The position numbers and the translations under genes were made by a program. The notes beneath the pieces were generated by a model. That model worked only from the letters and a program-made list of their open reading frames with translations, did not search any database and was not told the DNA's origin. DNA of 64,000 nt from contig CAYMII010000001.1 in NCBI GenBank assembly GCA_964390565.1, positions 47,230 through 111,229 on the forward strand, written 5' to 3'. This document shows, piece by piece, positions 42,752 through 51,257 of this stretch; positions within the stretch are counted from its first letter, which is position 1; each line of letters starts with the position of its first letter. Source of the stretch: an uncultured Rikenellaceae bacterium (GTDB taxonomy: Bacteria > Bacteroidota > Bacteroidia > Bacteroidales > Tenuifilaceae).

Positions 42752-44122
42752 ATGATTATAAAAGTTAAAAAAGAGGGGTTTATTTTGTTGATACTTGCGG
42801 TTGCAATGCAGGCAATTATAAGTTGTACAAATTATCAGTTCGATCCAACAACCCATTCGAACTCCCTTGCTTCTTGCGAGGGGTGTCATACGAATTATGC
42901 GCATCTGCAAAAGGTTTTCTCGCCCGATACTGCTGCACCTGCAGGTGGCTGTGGGGGCGAGGCTCCGCATTACGAACCTTTCGATAGGGTTTATATGGGT
43001 GGTGAGGGATTTAGCGCATTTAAAAGTTCAACACATTACCAAATGGGATGTGTTAGTTGTCATAATGGCAATAATAACACTGCTGACAAAACCCTAGCTC
43101 ATGGTAGTAATTTTATTTCTCACCCCTCGATGTTTGCCAGCGAGAAGTGTGGAACATGCCACGAGCAAATTGTTAATAATTTCGAAACCAGTATCCATAA
43201 CGGAACTGGACAAAAACGAAAAGTAACCATTCGCAGCGGTTTGGCTGGTCCTGATGAGTTCGATCAGCTTCCAGCGCATCAAATTGAGGGATATAATAAG
43301 AATTGTGCTACTTGTCATGGAACTTGTGGTAATTGCCATATTGTTCGTCCAGCAATAGGCGGTGGAGGCTTGGCTAGTGGTCATAATTTTACCAAAAAGC
43401 CCGATATGGTTAACGTGTGCGTTACCTGCCACGTTTCTCGTGGAGGTCATGCTTATCTAGGCGTTGCATCTGGAACACAACCTGATGTGCACTTAACCAA
43501 AATGGGATTTAAGTGTACCGATTGTCATAGCGGCGAGGAGTTACATGGCGATGGTGTAAAAGTTGATCAGCGATATGCTTACTCTAAACTACCTAAGTGC
43601 GATGATTGCCATACTGGTATAGCAACAGAAAATACTTATCATTCTGTTCATTACGATGACTTTAACTGTCAGGTTTGCCACTCGCAAGTATATAATAATT
43701 GCGCCAGCTGTCATATTCACGGTGATGGTGCAAGAGTTCCCTCTTATATGGGATTTAAGATAGCTTCGAACCCTATTCCTGCTATCAAAACTGGTTTTGA
43801 ATTCACTTTGGTTCGCCGTACACTTGCTGCACCTGACAATTGGGAAAAGTATGGTGTTTCTAGCTACTCCAATTTTGATGCTTTTCCAACCTATAATTAT
43901 ACTTCGCCTCATAACCTTTTGAGGTGGACCGATCGAACAAAAGTTGCCGATGGCAAATCGTGCTCATCAAATTGTCATATACGTAATGAGGGGGGCGTGT
44001 TGATTAATAAGAGTTTATTTCTACATCAGAGCGATTTATTGCCATGGGAAACTGCTGCAACAACAGGGATTACTGTTGATGGTAAATTGCCTGCATCATG
44101 GTTAGTCGAAGTAAAAAAATAA
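42752..44122 (+). CDS. decahaem c-type cytochrome lipoprotein (10 CxxCH + 1 CxxxCH)
   Basis: Lipobox AIISC. CxxCH motifs counted by eye: CEGCH, CVSCH, CGTCH, CATCH, CGNCH, CVTCH, CTDCH, CDDCH, CQVCH, CASCH, plus CSSNCH. The first motif was verified on the DNA at 42875-42889. Confidence 0.9.
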   Translation: MIIKVKKEGFILLILAVAMQAIISCTNYQFDPTTHSNSLASCEGCHTNYAHLQKVFSPDTAAPAGGCGGEAPHYEPFDRVYMGGEGFSAFKSSTHYQMGCVSCHNGNNNTADKTLAHGSNFISHPSMFASEKCGTCHEQIVNNFETSIHNGTGQKRKVTIRSGLAGPDEFDQLPAHQIEGYNKNCATCHGTCGNCHIVRPAIGGGGLASGHNFTKKPDMVNVCVTCHVSRGGHAYLGVASGTQPDVHLTKMGFKCTDCHSGEELHGDGVKVDQRYAYSKLPKCDDCHTGIATENTYHSVHYDDFNCQVCHSQVYNNCASCHIHGDGARVPSYMGFKIASNPIPAIKTGFEFTLVRRTLAAPDNWEKYGVSSYSNFDAFPTYNYTSPHNLLRWTDRTKVADGKSCSSNCHIRNEGGVLINKSLFLHQSDLLPWETAATTGITVDGKLPASWLVEVKK

Positions 44123-44161
44123 GAATCTTTTTCAGTAAATAACCTTAAATCGAAAAACACT

Positions 44162-45169
44162 ATGAAGACTTTTTCAAAACTTTTAATGCTAAGCGTTCTA
44201 TTCGCTTTCATTTTTGTAACATCTTGTAAAAAGGATGATGCTGAACCCAAAATTAACGAGGCACAAGTTCTTGTTGAATATTTGGAATCTGCAAACTCTC
44301 CTCTAATGAAGGATTATGTTAGTACAGATATGCCTTCGATTATGCCAGCGAGTGAAGTTAAGACTTTAATGGCTACCAATAAAGTTTATATCATAGATAT
44401 CAGATCTACAGTTGATTTTGCAGCAGGTCATATTGAAGGTGCTCATAATATTGCTTTAGCTGATATTCTAACACACGTTGAAGGTGTTGCTATGGCTGAT
44501 TATGATAAAGTTGCTATTGTTTGTTATACAGGCCAAACAGCAGGTTTTGCAGCTTCTTTACTTAGAATTATGGGATATTCTAAAGTATTTTCAATGAAAT
44601 GGGGTATGTGTGCTTGGCATGTTGATTTCGCAAGCAGATGGAATAACACTATTGCTGCAGGTAATGCTTATGCTGCACAATTTACAACTACTGCAACTGC
44701 AAAAGGGGTAGCTGGTGAACTGCCTGAACTTAATACTGGAAAGAAAACAGGTCAAGAGATTTTAGAGGCAAGAGTTAGCGCTTTGCTTACTGAAGGATTT
44801 GGTGCTGCTTCGGTTACAAATGGTACTGTTTTTGGAAGTTTATCGAACTATTATATTGTAAACTATTGGTCAACTACACACTATGCAATTGGTCATATTC
44901 CTGGTGCAATGCAGTACACCCCAAAAGAGTCATTAAAGCTTATTGCTGACCTAAAAACTCTTCCTACTGATAAAACAATTGCAGTTTATTGCTATACAGG
45001 TCAAACCAGCGCATTCCTAGCTGCTTACTTACGTTTATTAGGTTATGATGCTAAATCCATTTTATATGGAACAAATGGTATGATCTACGATTTAATGGTA
45101 ACAAATTCAATGACTGTATTTAAAGCAGATCAGATTATGGGTTACACTTATGTTGCTCCTACGAAATAG
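44162..45169 (+). CDS. tandem rhodanese-domain lipoprotein
   Basis: Lipobox FVTSC followed by KKDDAE. There are two rhodanese modules, each with the active-site loop CYTGQT (first Cys codon 44522-44524 verified) and an upstream IDIRS/GHIEGA or GHIPGA motif. Confidence 0.85.
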   Translation: MKTFSKLLMLSVLFAFIFVTSCKKDDAEPKINEAQVLVEYLESANSPLMKDYVSTDMPSIMPASEVKTLMATNKVYIIDIRSTVDFAAGHIEGAHNIALADILTHVEGVAMADYDKVAIVCYTGQTAGFAASLLRIMGYSKVFSMKWGMCAWHVDFASRWNNTIAAGNAYAAQFTTTATAKGVAGELPELNTGKKTGQEILEARVSALLTEGFGAASVTNGTVFGSLSNYYIVNYWSTTHYAIGHIPGAMQYTPKESLKLIADLKTLPTDKTIAVYCYTGQTSAFLAAYLRLLGYDAKSILYGTNGMIYDLMVTNSMTVFKADQIMGYTYVAPTK

Positions 45170-45190
45170 TTAAGAAAATATTGAATAAAT

Positions 45191-45217
45191 AAAGGCTACT
45201 TCATTGAAGTAGCCTTT
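45191..45217. terminator. bidirectional stem-loop between convergent genes
   Basis: aaaggctactt (45191-45201) pairs with aagtagccttt (45207-45217). Confidence 0.65.
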
Positions 45218-45232
45218 ATCTTTTATTGTAAA

Positions 45233-46063
45233 TCACTTCCACTTATCAATATCATCATGAATTCTGTTGTTGTAATTTGTAACCAGCAGATTAACTGTTG
45301 ATTGATTCGTTTTAAATTTCAAATCATCAACTTTGGCAATTGGTAAAATGCTCGGTGATGTTCCGGTGAGAAAAGCACCATCGAATTCATCAATTTGATC
45401 AATATTTATTGTTTTTTCAACTAATGAAAGTCCAAGTTTATTGATAATCTCGATTACTACTAATCGCGTGATTCCTCCAAGAACCATGCTTAACGGGGCA
45501 GTGTAGAATGTATCATCTTTTATGAAGAAAACATTGGAGCGGCTTCCCTCGGTTATAAAACTCTCGTTATTAACCAATAGAACCTCGTAACAGCCCGATT
45601 CGGCAATAATTCTATCGGCATTTTCTCGTAATGTTTTGTTTTCGACCTTGGCGTTTGGGTTATCGCGGTTTGCCTTAAGCAATTTTACTTCAACGCCTTC
45701 TCTCTTTTGGATTTCGGTAGGGTAGGTGCTAGGTAGGAAGTAAATCAAAGTATCAAACTTACATGCATTTCTGTAGATTAATGATATTCTAAGGTTGTTC
45801 TCTGCAATAGGATTTTTAACTAACAGATTTTTTACCTGCTCTTTTATGGTTTGTAGTTGAGGTAGTTCAAAATCCAGTATTTTAATAGAATTCAACAGCC
45901 TCTCCATGTGATATTCGAAGAAAAGTGGTGTTGAGTTCTTTACCCGTATTACTTCATACACAATTTTAGCCTCAGCAGGGAACTGATAGGCAAAGCTATT
46001 GGTGCGTATTATCTGCCCATTAAGAATAAAGAAATGCTCAGCCAGCTGAATTTTGCTATCCAT
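45233..46063 (-). CDS. class IV aminotransferase-fold protein (BCAT/aminodeoxychorismate lyase-like)
   Basis: EGSRSNVFFIKDDTFYTAP...VLGGITR is typical of fold-type IV PLP enzymes. 276 aa. Confidence 0.75.
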   Translation of the reverse strand: MDSKIQLAEHFFILNGQIIRTNSFAYQFPAEAKIVYEVIRVKNSTPLFFEYHMERLLNSIKILDFELPQLQTIKEQVKNLLVKNPIAENNLRISLIYRNACKFDTLIYFLPSTYPTEIQKREGVEVKLLKANRDNPNAKVENKTLRENADRIIAESGCYEVLLVNNESFITEGSRSNVFFIKDDTFYTAPLSMVLGGITRLVVIEIINKLGLSLVEKTINIDQIDEFDGAFLTGTSPSILPIAKVDDLKFKTNQSTVNLLVTNYNNRIHDDIDKWK

Positions 46064-46228
46064 TACTTACAATTTAATGCTTCAAATGTAGCAAAATAAA
46101 GTGTGGGGAATTGGAATTAAGCCAATGATGAGAAAAGACATAAGAGGATACTATGATTGAATGTAATGTTTTGTTATTCATGGAGATACATTATTTATCA
46201 ACATCCATGAAATCATGAATGATTTTTC

Positions 46229-46236
46229 TACCTTTG
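46229..46236 (+). promoter_or_regulatory. TAnnTTTG box upstream of the DinD-like gene
   Basis: tacctttg lies 19 nt upstream of ATG 46255, which supports that start over the track start at 46219. Confidence 0.35.
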
Positions 46237-46254
46237 TTATATAATAATACTTCC

Positions 46255-47100
46255 ATGACAAAAGAAACTGCAATAAAACTTTTTGAGCAAAGAAAAATTC
46301 GCTCTTTATGGATTGAAAAGGAAGAGAAATGGTACTTCTCAATTATAGATGTTATTGAAGTTTTGACGGGAACAGATCGTCCGAGGAAATATTGGAACGA
46401 CTTAAAAACGAAGCTTAAAAAGGAAGGAAGTGAACTGTCCGAAAAAATCGGACAGTTGAAATTAGTTGCTGAAGACGGAAAACAAAGGTTAACCGATGTT
46501 GCTGATACAGAGCAACTATTCCGCTTGATTCAGAGCATTCCATCTCCTAAAGCAGAGCCATTTAAAATGTGGTTGGCACAGGTTGGGAGAGAACGCATAG
46601 ACGAAATTGAAGACCCAGAAATTGGTATTGACCGATTAATGGAAACTTACCTTCGTAAGGGTTATACCAAAGAATGGATAAACCAGCGGCTCAAAAGCAT
46701 TGAGATACGCAAGGAACTCACAGATGAGTGGGATAATAGGGGCGTTAAAAAAGGGCAAGAATATGCAATTTTAACCGACGAAATAACCAAAGCCTGGAGT
46801 GGACTTACAACAAAGCAATATAAGGGCTTTAAAGATTTAAAAAAAGAGAATTTGCGCGACCATATGACTAATCTTGAATTGGTTTTGAATATGCTTGCCG
46901 AAGCCTCTACCACCGAAATCTCAAAGAAAAAAGAACCTAAGACTTTTAACGAGAACAAAGATGTTGCCCGAAAAGGCGGAAATGTAGCAAAAGCAGCACG
47001 TTTACAACTCGAAAAAACAACCGGAAAAAAGGTAGTAACCCAGTTAAATGCCAAGAATTTGGACAATCCCATGCTGAAAACTAGCAACGATAAGGAGTAA
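46255..47100 (+). CDS. Bro-N / DinD-like (DNA-damage-inducible protein D family) protein
   Basis: The N-terminal IRSLWIEKEEKWYFSIIDVIEVLT is Bro-N-like. The remainder parallels E. coli DinD as I recall it (RDHMTNLELVLNMLAEASTTEI; DVARKGGNVAKAARLQLEKTTGKKV). Confidence 0.65.
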   Translation: MTKETAIKLFEQRKIRSLWIEKEEKWYFSIIDVIEVLTGTDRPRKYWNDLKTKLKKEGSELSEKIGQLKLVAEDGKQRLTDVADTEQLFRLIQSIPSPKAEPFKMWLAQVGRERIDEIEDPEIGIDRLMETYLRKGYTKEWINQRLKSIEIRKELTDEWDNRGVKKGQEYAILTDEITKAWSGLTTKQYKGFKDLKKENLRDHMTNLELVLNMLAEASTTEISKKKEPKTFNENKDVARKGGNVAKAARLQLEKTTGKKVVTQLNAKNLDNPMLKTSNDKE

Positions 47101-47282
47101 ACACCCAAATTACATTGACAATATATCTCTCAGCAATTTCTAATTAATGCTGTTTAACAGGCTGAAAATGAATGCTTGTAATCCAATCATTTACTATATT
47201 TGGGTTAACCTTATACATTCAATTGTAGCGTTTAAATGAAGAAAGTTTTAGATTTAAGAACATATCGGTAAAACAATCAAAA

Positions 47283-48128
47283 ATGAAAGGTCCAGAATTT
47301 TTAAAATATATTAATCCTGTATTGACTGCACTTCAAGCGAATGGTGGTGCAGGTGACTCTTCAGATATCATTGAACAAGTCATCGATAAGTTAGGAATTA
47401 CAGAAACAGAACTTGAGGAAACTACCTCAAATGGGCAATCTCGAATTAGAAATCAAATACAATGGGCAAGGTTTTATTTGTTCAAAGCAGGACTTATTGA
47501 TAATGCTCAAAGAGGCTTATGGAGACTTACAAACGAAGGTCTTGACAAAAAATTGAATGATGACGAGGTATATAAACTTTTTAAGAGTGTTCAAGATAGT
47601 GTGAAAAAGACACCTATAACAAAACCTCAAAAAACAGAACCAGTATTTGAAAACACTCCGACTGAAGACGAAGAACATTCTATAGGATTAATCAATATTA
47701 TTCAAAACCTTTCTCCTTCAGGATTTGAGAAATTATGCAAAAGACTTTTAACAGAAATCGGGATAAATGAGATTTTAATTACTGGCGGCTCGGGTGACCA
47801 AGGTATTGATGGAAAAGGAATTGTAAAACTGAATGATGTTGTTAGTTTAAATATTGTTTTTCAATGTAAGCGATACAAAGAAACTGTATCGCCCCATCAC
47901 GTTAGAGATTTTCGTGGAGCAATGCAAGGACGTGGTGAAAAAGGACTTATTATAACTACAGGACGTTTTACAAAAGAAGCTAAGAGTGAAGCAAATCGTG
48001 ATGGTGTAACACCAATAGAATTAATTGATGGTGATAGGCTTATTGAACTTTTTGAAAAATACCGTCTAGGGTTAAAACCAGTTACAATATTTGAGATTGA
48101 CCAAGAGTTTTTTAAAGGTTTTTCATAA
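47283..48128 (+). CDS. Mrr-like type IV restriction endonuclease (Mrr_N + Mrr_cat)
   Basis: An N-terminal winged-helix (IRNQIQWARFYLFKAGLI) and a C-terminal PD-(D/E)xK core: GGSGDQGIDGKG...VFQCKRY...VRDFRGAM...GLIITTGRFTKEA. Confidence 0.85.
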   Translation: MKGPEFLKYINPVLTALQANGGAGDSSDIIEQVIDKLGITETELEETTSNGQSRIRNQIQWARFYLFKAGLIDNAQRGLWRLTNEGLDKKLNDDEVYKLFKSVQDSVKKTPITKPQKTEPVFENTPTEDEEHSIGLINIIQNLSPSGFEKLCKRLLTEIGINEILITGGSGDQGIDGKGIVKLNDVVSLNIVFQCKRYKETVSPHHVRDFRGAMQGRGEKGLIITTGRFTKEAKSEANRDGVTPIELIDGDRLIELFEKYRLGLKPVTIFEIDQEFFKGFS

Positions 48129-48164
48129 AATGCACTACCTAAGTCAGCAACAATTGTAGGTAAA

Positions 48165-48791
48165 TTAAGTAATCCTATATATTTCCATTATATTCTCGAG
48201 AATCTTTGTAAAGTTGATTTTTAGATCGATAAGCTTTCCCGAGCGAACATCAAAAACCCAACCATGAACCTTTACACCTCTTTCTTTATAGGCCTTTTGA
48301 GCATCGGGCGTTTTAATGATGTTTACGCATTGCTCCTGAACGTTTAGCTCAACCAAGCGCTTATAGCGCTCTTCTTCATCGGTAATAGTATCGAGTTCTG
48401 CTTTATGTAGTCGGTAAACATCCCTAATATTTCTAAGCCAAGGGTTAAGTATTCCTAAATCGGCCGATTGCATTGCCGCCTTAACACCATTGCAGTAGTA
48501 ATGACCACAAACAATAATGTGCTTAACCTTTAGGTGGCTAACTGCGTAATTAATTACCGACATGGAGCTGAGGTCGGTATTGGGAACCATATTAGCAATA
48601 TTACGATGCACAAAAACATCGCCCGGTTGAACGCCCATGAGCTCTTCGGCTGTAACTCGGCTGTCGGAGCATCCAATGTATAGGTATTCGGGGCTTTGCC
48701 CAACCGAAAGCCTTTTAAAGTACTCACAGTCGGTGCTTAGCTTTTCGGCAATCCACTTTCGGTTATTGCTAAATATGCTTTCAATTTCCAT
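48165..48791 (-). CDS. beta-class carbonic anhydrase
   Basis: The zinc ligands are CSDSRV and VCGHYYCNG, with FVHRNIAN in between. Confidence 0.9.
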   Translation of the reverse strand: MEIESIFSNNRKWIAEKLSTDCEYFKRLSVGQSPEYLYIGCSDSRVTAEELMGVQPGDVFVHRNIANMVPNTDLSSMSVINYAVSHLKVKHIIVCGHYYCNGVKAAMQSADLGILNPWLRNIRDVYRLHKAELDTITDEEERYKRLVELNVQEQCVNIIKTPDAQKAYKERGVKVHGWVFDVRSGKLIDLKINFTKILENIMEIYRIT

Positions 48792-48876
48792 AATAAATTC
48801 TTAGTTTGTATTTAGAATAATAAGCTCAATGTAATTATTTGTTCAACCTAAGAGATTGTATAAAAAGATCACTTTT

Positions 48877-48983
48877 TTAACGCAAAGCACGCTAAGCATA
48901 AAACGCAAAGACTGCAAAATTCAAAATATTAAATAATTACAACTTGGCTAACTTTGCGATTCCTTTGTATTCTTTGCGGTTAA
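48877..48983. repeat. 107-bp hairpin-type intergenic element with TTAACGCAAAG / CTTTGCGGTTAA termini
   Basis: The left half carries GCAAAG-type words (cgcaaag cacgctaag cataaaa cgcaaag actgcaaaa). An AT-rich centre follows. The right half carries the complementary CTTTGC-type words (ctttgcg attcctttgt attctttgcg gttaa). Confidence 0.8.
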
Positions 48984-49081
48984 TAATTTCTTTAAATACC
49001 CCCAAAGCTCTATGTTAGAAATCTTATACCAAACTTACATTAATATTATATTTAGATGTGAACTACTACAAAACTTGATTT

Positions 49082-51094
49082 CTAGCTATCGATTCGAATA
49101 GAGTTTATTAGCCCAACAAAGTAATCGGCATCGCTAGCCGAAGGGTAGCATGTTCGTCCAATACAAATCTTTAGCTGACCATCGCTTACCAATTGCTTCG
49201 AATTGCTGTTATTTAGTATTGTTGAGTAGATAACAGGGCATATCACTTTAGACTGAATTTGATTTAGCGTATTTCGGCTATCGCTCGAATCGAACCGGAT
49301 ATGCACTGTTGGTAGCTGAAAAGAAAGCATCAGCTTAGCCCACCCAAAAACGTATGGCCCGCCATGCTCAAGGGATGAAGTGATATTTGCAAGCATCTGC
49401 TTTACCATATCGATATACTTCTCGTTACTAACGATAATACCAATATCGAAAAGGTTTTGCGCCATTGTTGAACCCGATGAGGTAATTACACCATCGGTCA
49501 AATCCATCTTTCGGGCAATAAGGTCAGTTTTGTCGATTGGGGCAAAGAAGAACATGCCCGATTCATTATCGTAAAAGTTCTGGATTACAGTTTCAACCAG
49601 CCTTTCGGCTTTAGCTAGCATAAAAGTATCAAGCGTTACCTTATAAACCGATAGATAGGCTTTAATCAGGTTTGCATAATCGTCCAAAAGAGCATCAACT
49701 GAGAGTTTATTTTTACAGAAAACTCGCTTAAGTTTACCATCGTTGTAGTGATGATGTTCAATATAGTTTAAACCATTTATTGCGGCGTTTAAGTATTTCT
49801 CGTCGCCAAATGATAGGTACGCCTCAGTTAACGCCGAAATTAGTAATCCGTTCCACGAAACAAGTATTTTATCGTCTAGCCCCGGTTTTGTGCGTTTTTT
49901 TCTAACATCTAAAAGAACCTGTTTTGCCTTATCGATTTTGCTGTTTGCCGTTGAGCAATCAATTGAAAAAAGACATTTTAAATGCTCTTTCGAAGCGCAT
50001 CTATTTAATACGTTGCTACCATCGAAATTACCTGCAGCGGTTACGCCGTAGGCAACCGAAAAGAGCTCGGCATCGTTATTTAGCAAATCTTCAATCTCTT
50101 TCTTTGTCCATGTGTAATAGGTTCCCTCTTTGCCATCGCTATCGGCATCGTATGATGAGTAAAAGCCACCAAGGCTCGATTTCATCTCGTTAAGCAAAAA
50201 GTCGACGGTTTCACTTACAATATCTTTATAATGCTCATTTTTATTAAGCCTGTAGGCTTTTGAGTAAATTGATATTAGCTGCGCATTATCGTAAAGCATC
50301 TTTTCGAAATGGGGGATAAGCCAGTTCTCATCAACGGAATATCGAGCAAAACCACCCCCAAGATGATCGTAAATACCTCCCTGTCCAATCTTATCAAGCG
50401 TAAGCGTTACAAAGTCGGTTATCTCCTTATCGTCGGAGTGAAAGCTGTAATTCAGTAGAAAATCCAATAGCCCGGGCATTGGAAACTTTGGTGCTCCTTT
50501 TATTCCACCGTTTCGTGTATCGAAAAGCCTTTTCAGCCTATTAGCATAATCCTTTAAGTTGATGTTTGTGATTGTTTCGGGTAAATTTTTAAACCGGATA
50601 ATCTCAGTACCAACAATGCTATTGGCAAGTTCATCGGCAACATCAACAATTCTTTTTGGGTCTTTTTGCCAAGCCTCGTCAAGGCTTTTTAGAACATTCA
50701 GCCAGTTGGTGGTTGAGAAGTATGTTCCACCAAAAACAGGCTTACCGTTTGGTAGGGCAAAGCAGTTCAATGGCCAACCACCGCTGCGGTTGATGATTTG
50801 AACAGCATTCATGTAAATCTGATCAACATCGGGCCTTTCCTCCCTATCAACCTTAATATTTACAAAATGGGTGTTCATAAACTCGGTTGCCTCGGGATTT
50901 GAGAAAGCTTCGTGCTCCATAACGTGGCACCAGTGGCAGCTGCTATAACCGATGCTAACAAGCACAAGCTTGTTTTCGGCTTTTGCTTTACTAAAGGCCT
51001 CTTCGCCCCATGGGTACCAATCAACAGGATTGGTGGCGTGTTGCAATAAATATGGACTCGTCTCGAGTGATAGTCTATTTAAATGGGATTTCAT
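49082..51094 (-). CDS. thioredoxin-domain (DUF255) / six-hairpin glycosidase-like protein (YyaL/SPATA20 family)
   Basis: [13 protein letters not shown]...[14 protein letters not shown] at the N-terminus, followed by a long alpha/alpha-toroid-like region. 670 aa. Confidence 0.85.
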   Translation of the reverse strand: MKSHLNRLSLETSPYLLQHATNPVDWYPWGEEAFSKAKAENKLVLVSIGYSSCHWCHVMEHEAFSNPEATEFMNTHFVNIKVDREERPDVDQIYMNAVQIINRSGGWPLNCFALPNGKPVFGGTYFSTTNWLNVLKSLDEAWQKDPKRIVDVADELANSIVGTEIIRFKNLPETITNINLKDYANRLKRLFDTRNGGIKGAPKFPMPGLLDFLLNYSFHSDDKEITDFVTLTLDKIGQGGIYDHLGGGFARYSVDENWLIPHFEKMLYDNAQLISIYSKAYRLNKNEHYKDIVSETVDFLLNEMKSSLGGFYSSYDADSDGKEGTYYTWTKKEIEDLLNNDAELFSVAYGVTAAGNFDGSNVLNRCASKEHLKCLFSIDCSTANSKIDKAKQVLLDVRKKRTKPGLDDKILVSWNGLLISALTEAYLSFGDEKYLNAAINGLNYIEHHHYNDGKLKRVFCKNKLSVDALLDDYANLIKAYLSVYKVTLDTFMLAKAERLVETVIQNFYDNESGMFFFAPIDKTDLIARKMDLTDGVITSSGSTMAQNLFDIGIIVSNEKYIDMVKQMLANITSSLEHGGPYVFGWAKLMLSFQLPTVHIRFDSSDSRNTLNQIQSKVICPVIYSTILNNSNSKQLVSDGQLKICIGRTCYPSASDADYFVGLINSIRIDS

Positions 51095-51257
51095 TATAAT
51101 TGTTCTTGTTTTGATTTAACAGATTTTAACCCGATTTGTTGAGTCTATAGTAAAAAATGAATGTTAATGATGAAAAGAAATATTCCTTTTTTGTGCTACT
51201 TTTGATATTTCGATATTGGAATAGTTTTTGAACTTGATAATAACAAAATCACATACG

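Noticed and set aside
42641-42970. 109-aa minus-strand ORF spanning the cytochrome promoter and start
   Set aside because: It overlaps the 5' end of the motif-rich decahaem gene in antisense, has no recognisable features and would displace the divergent promoter region.
46064-48164. Calling the DinD-like/Mrr-like islet a mobile element
   Set aside because: I could find no integrase, transposase, tRNA target or flanking direct or inverted repeats by eye. It is therefore reported only as a candidate horizontally acquired islet.
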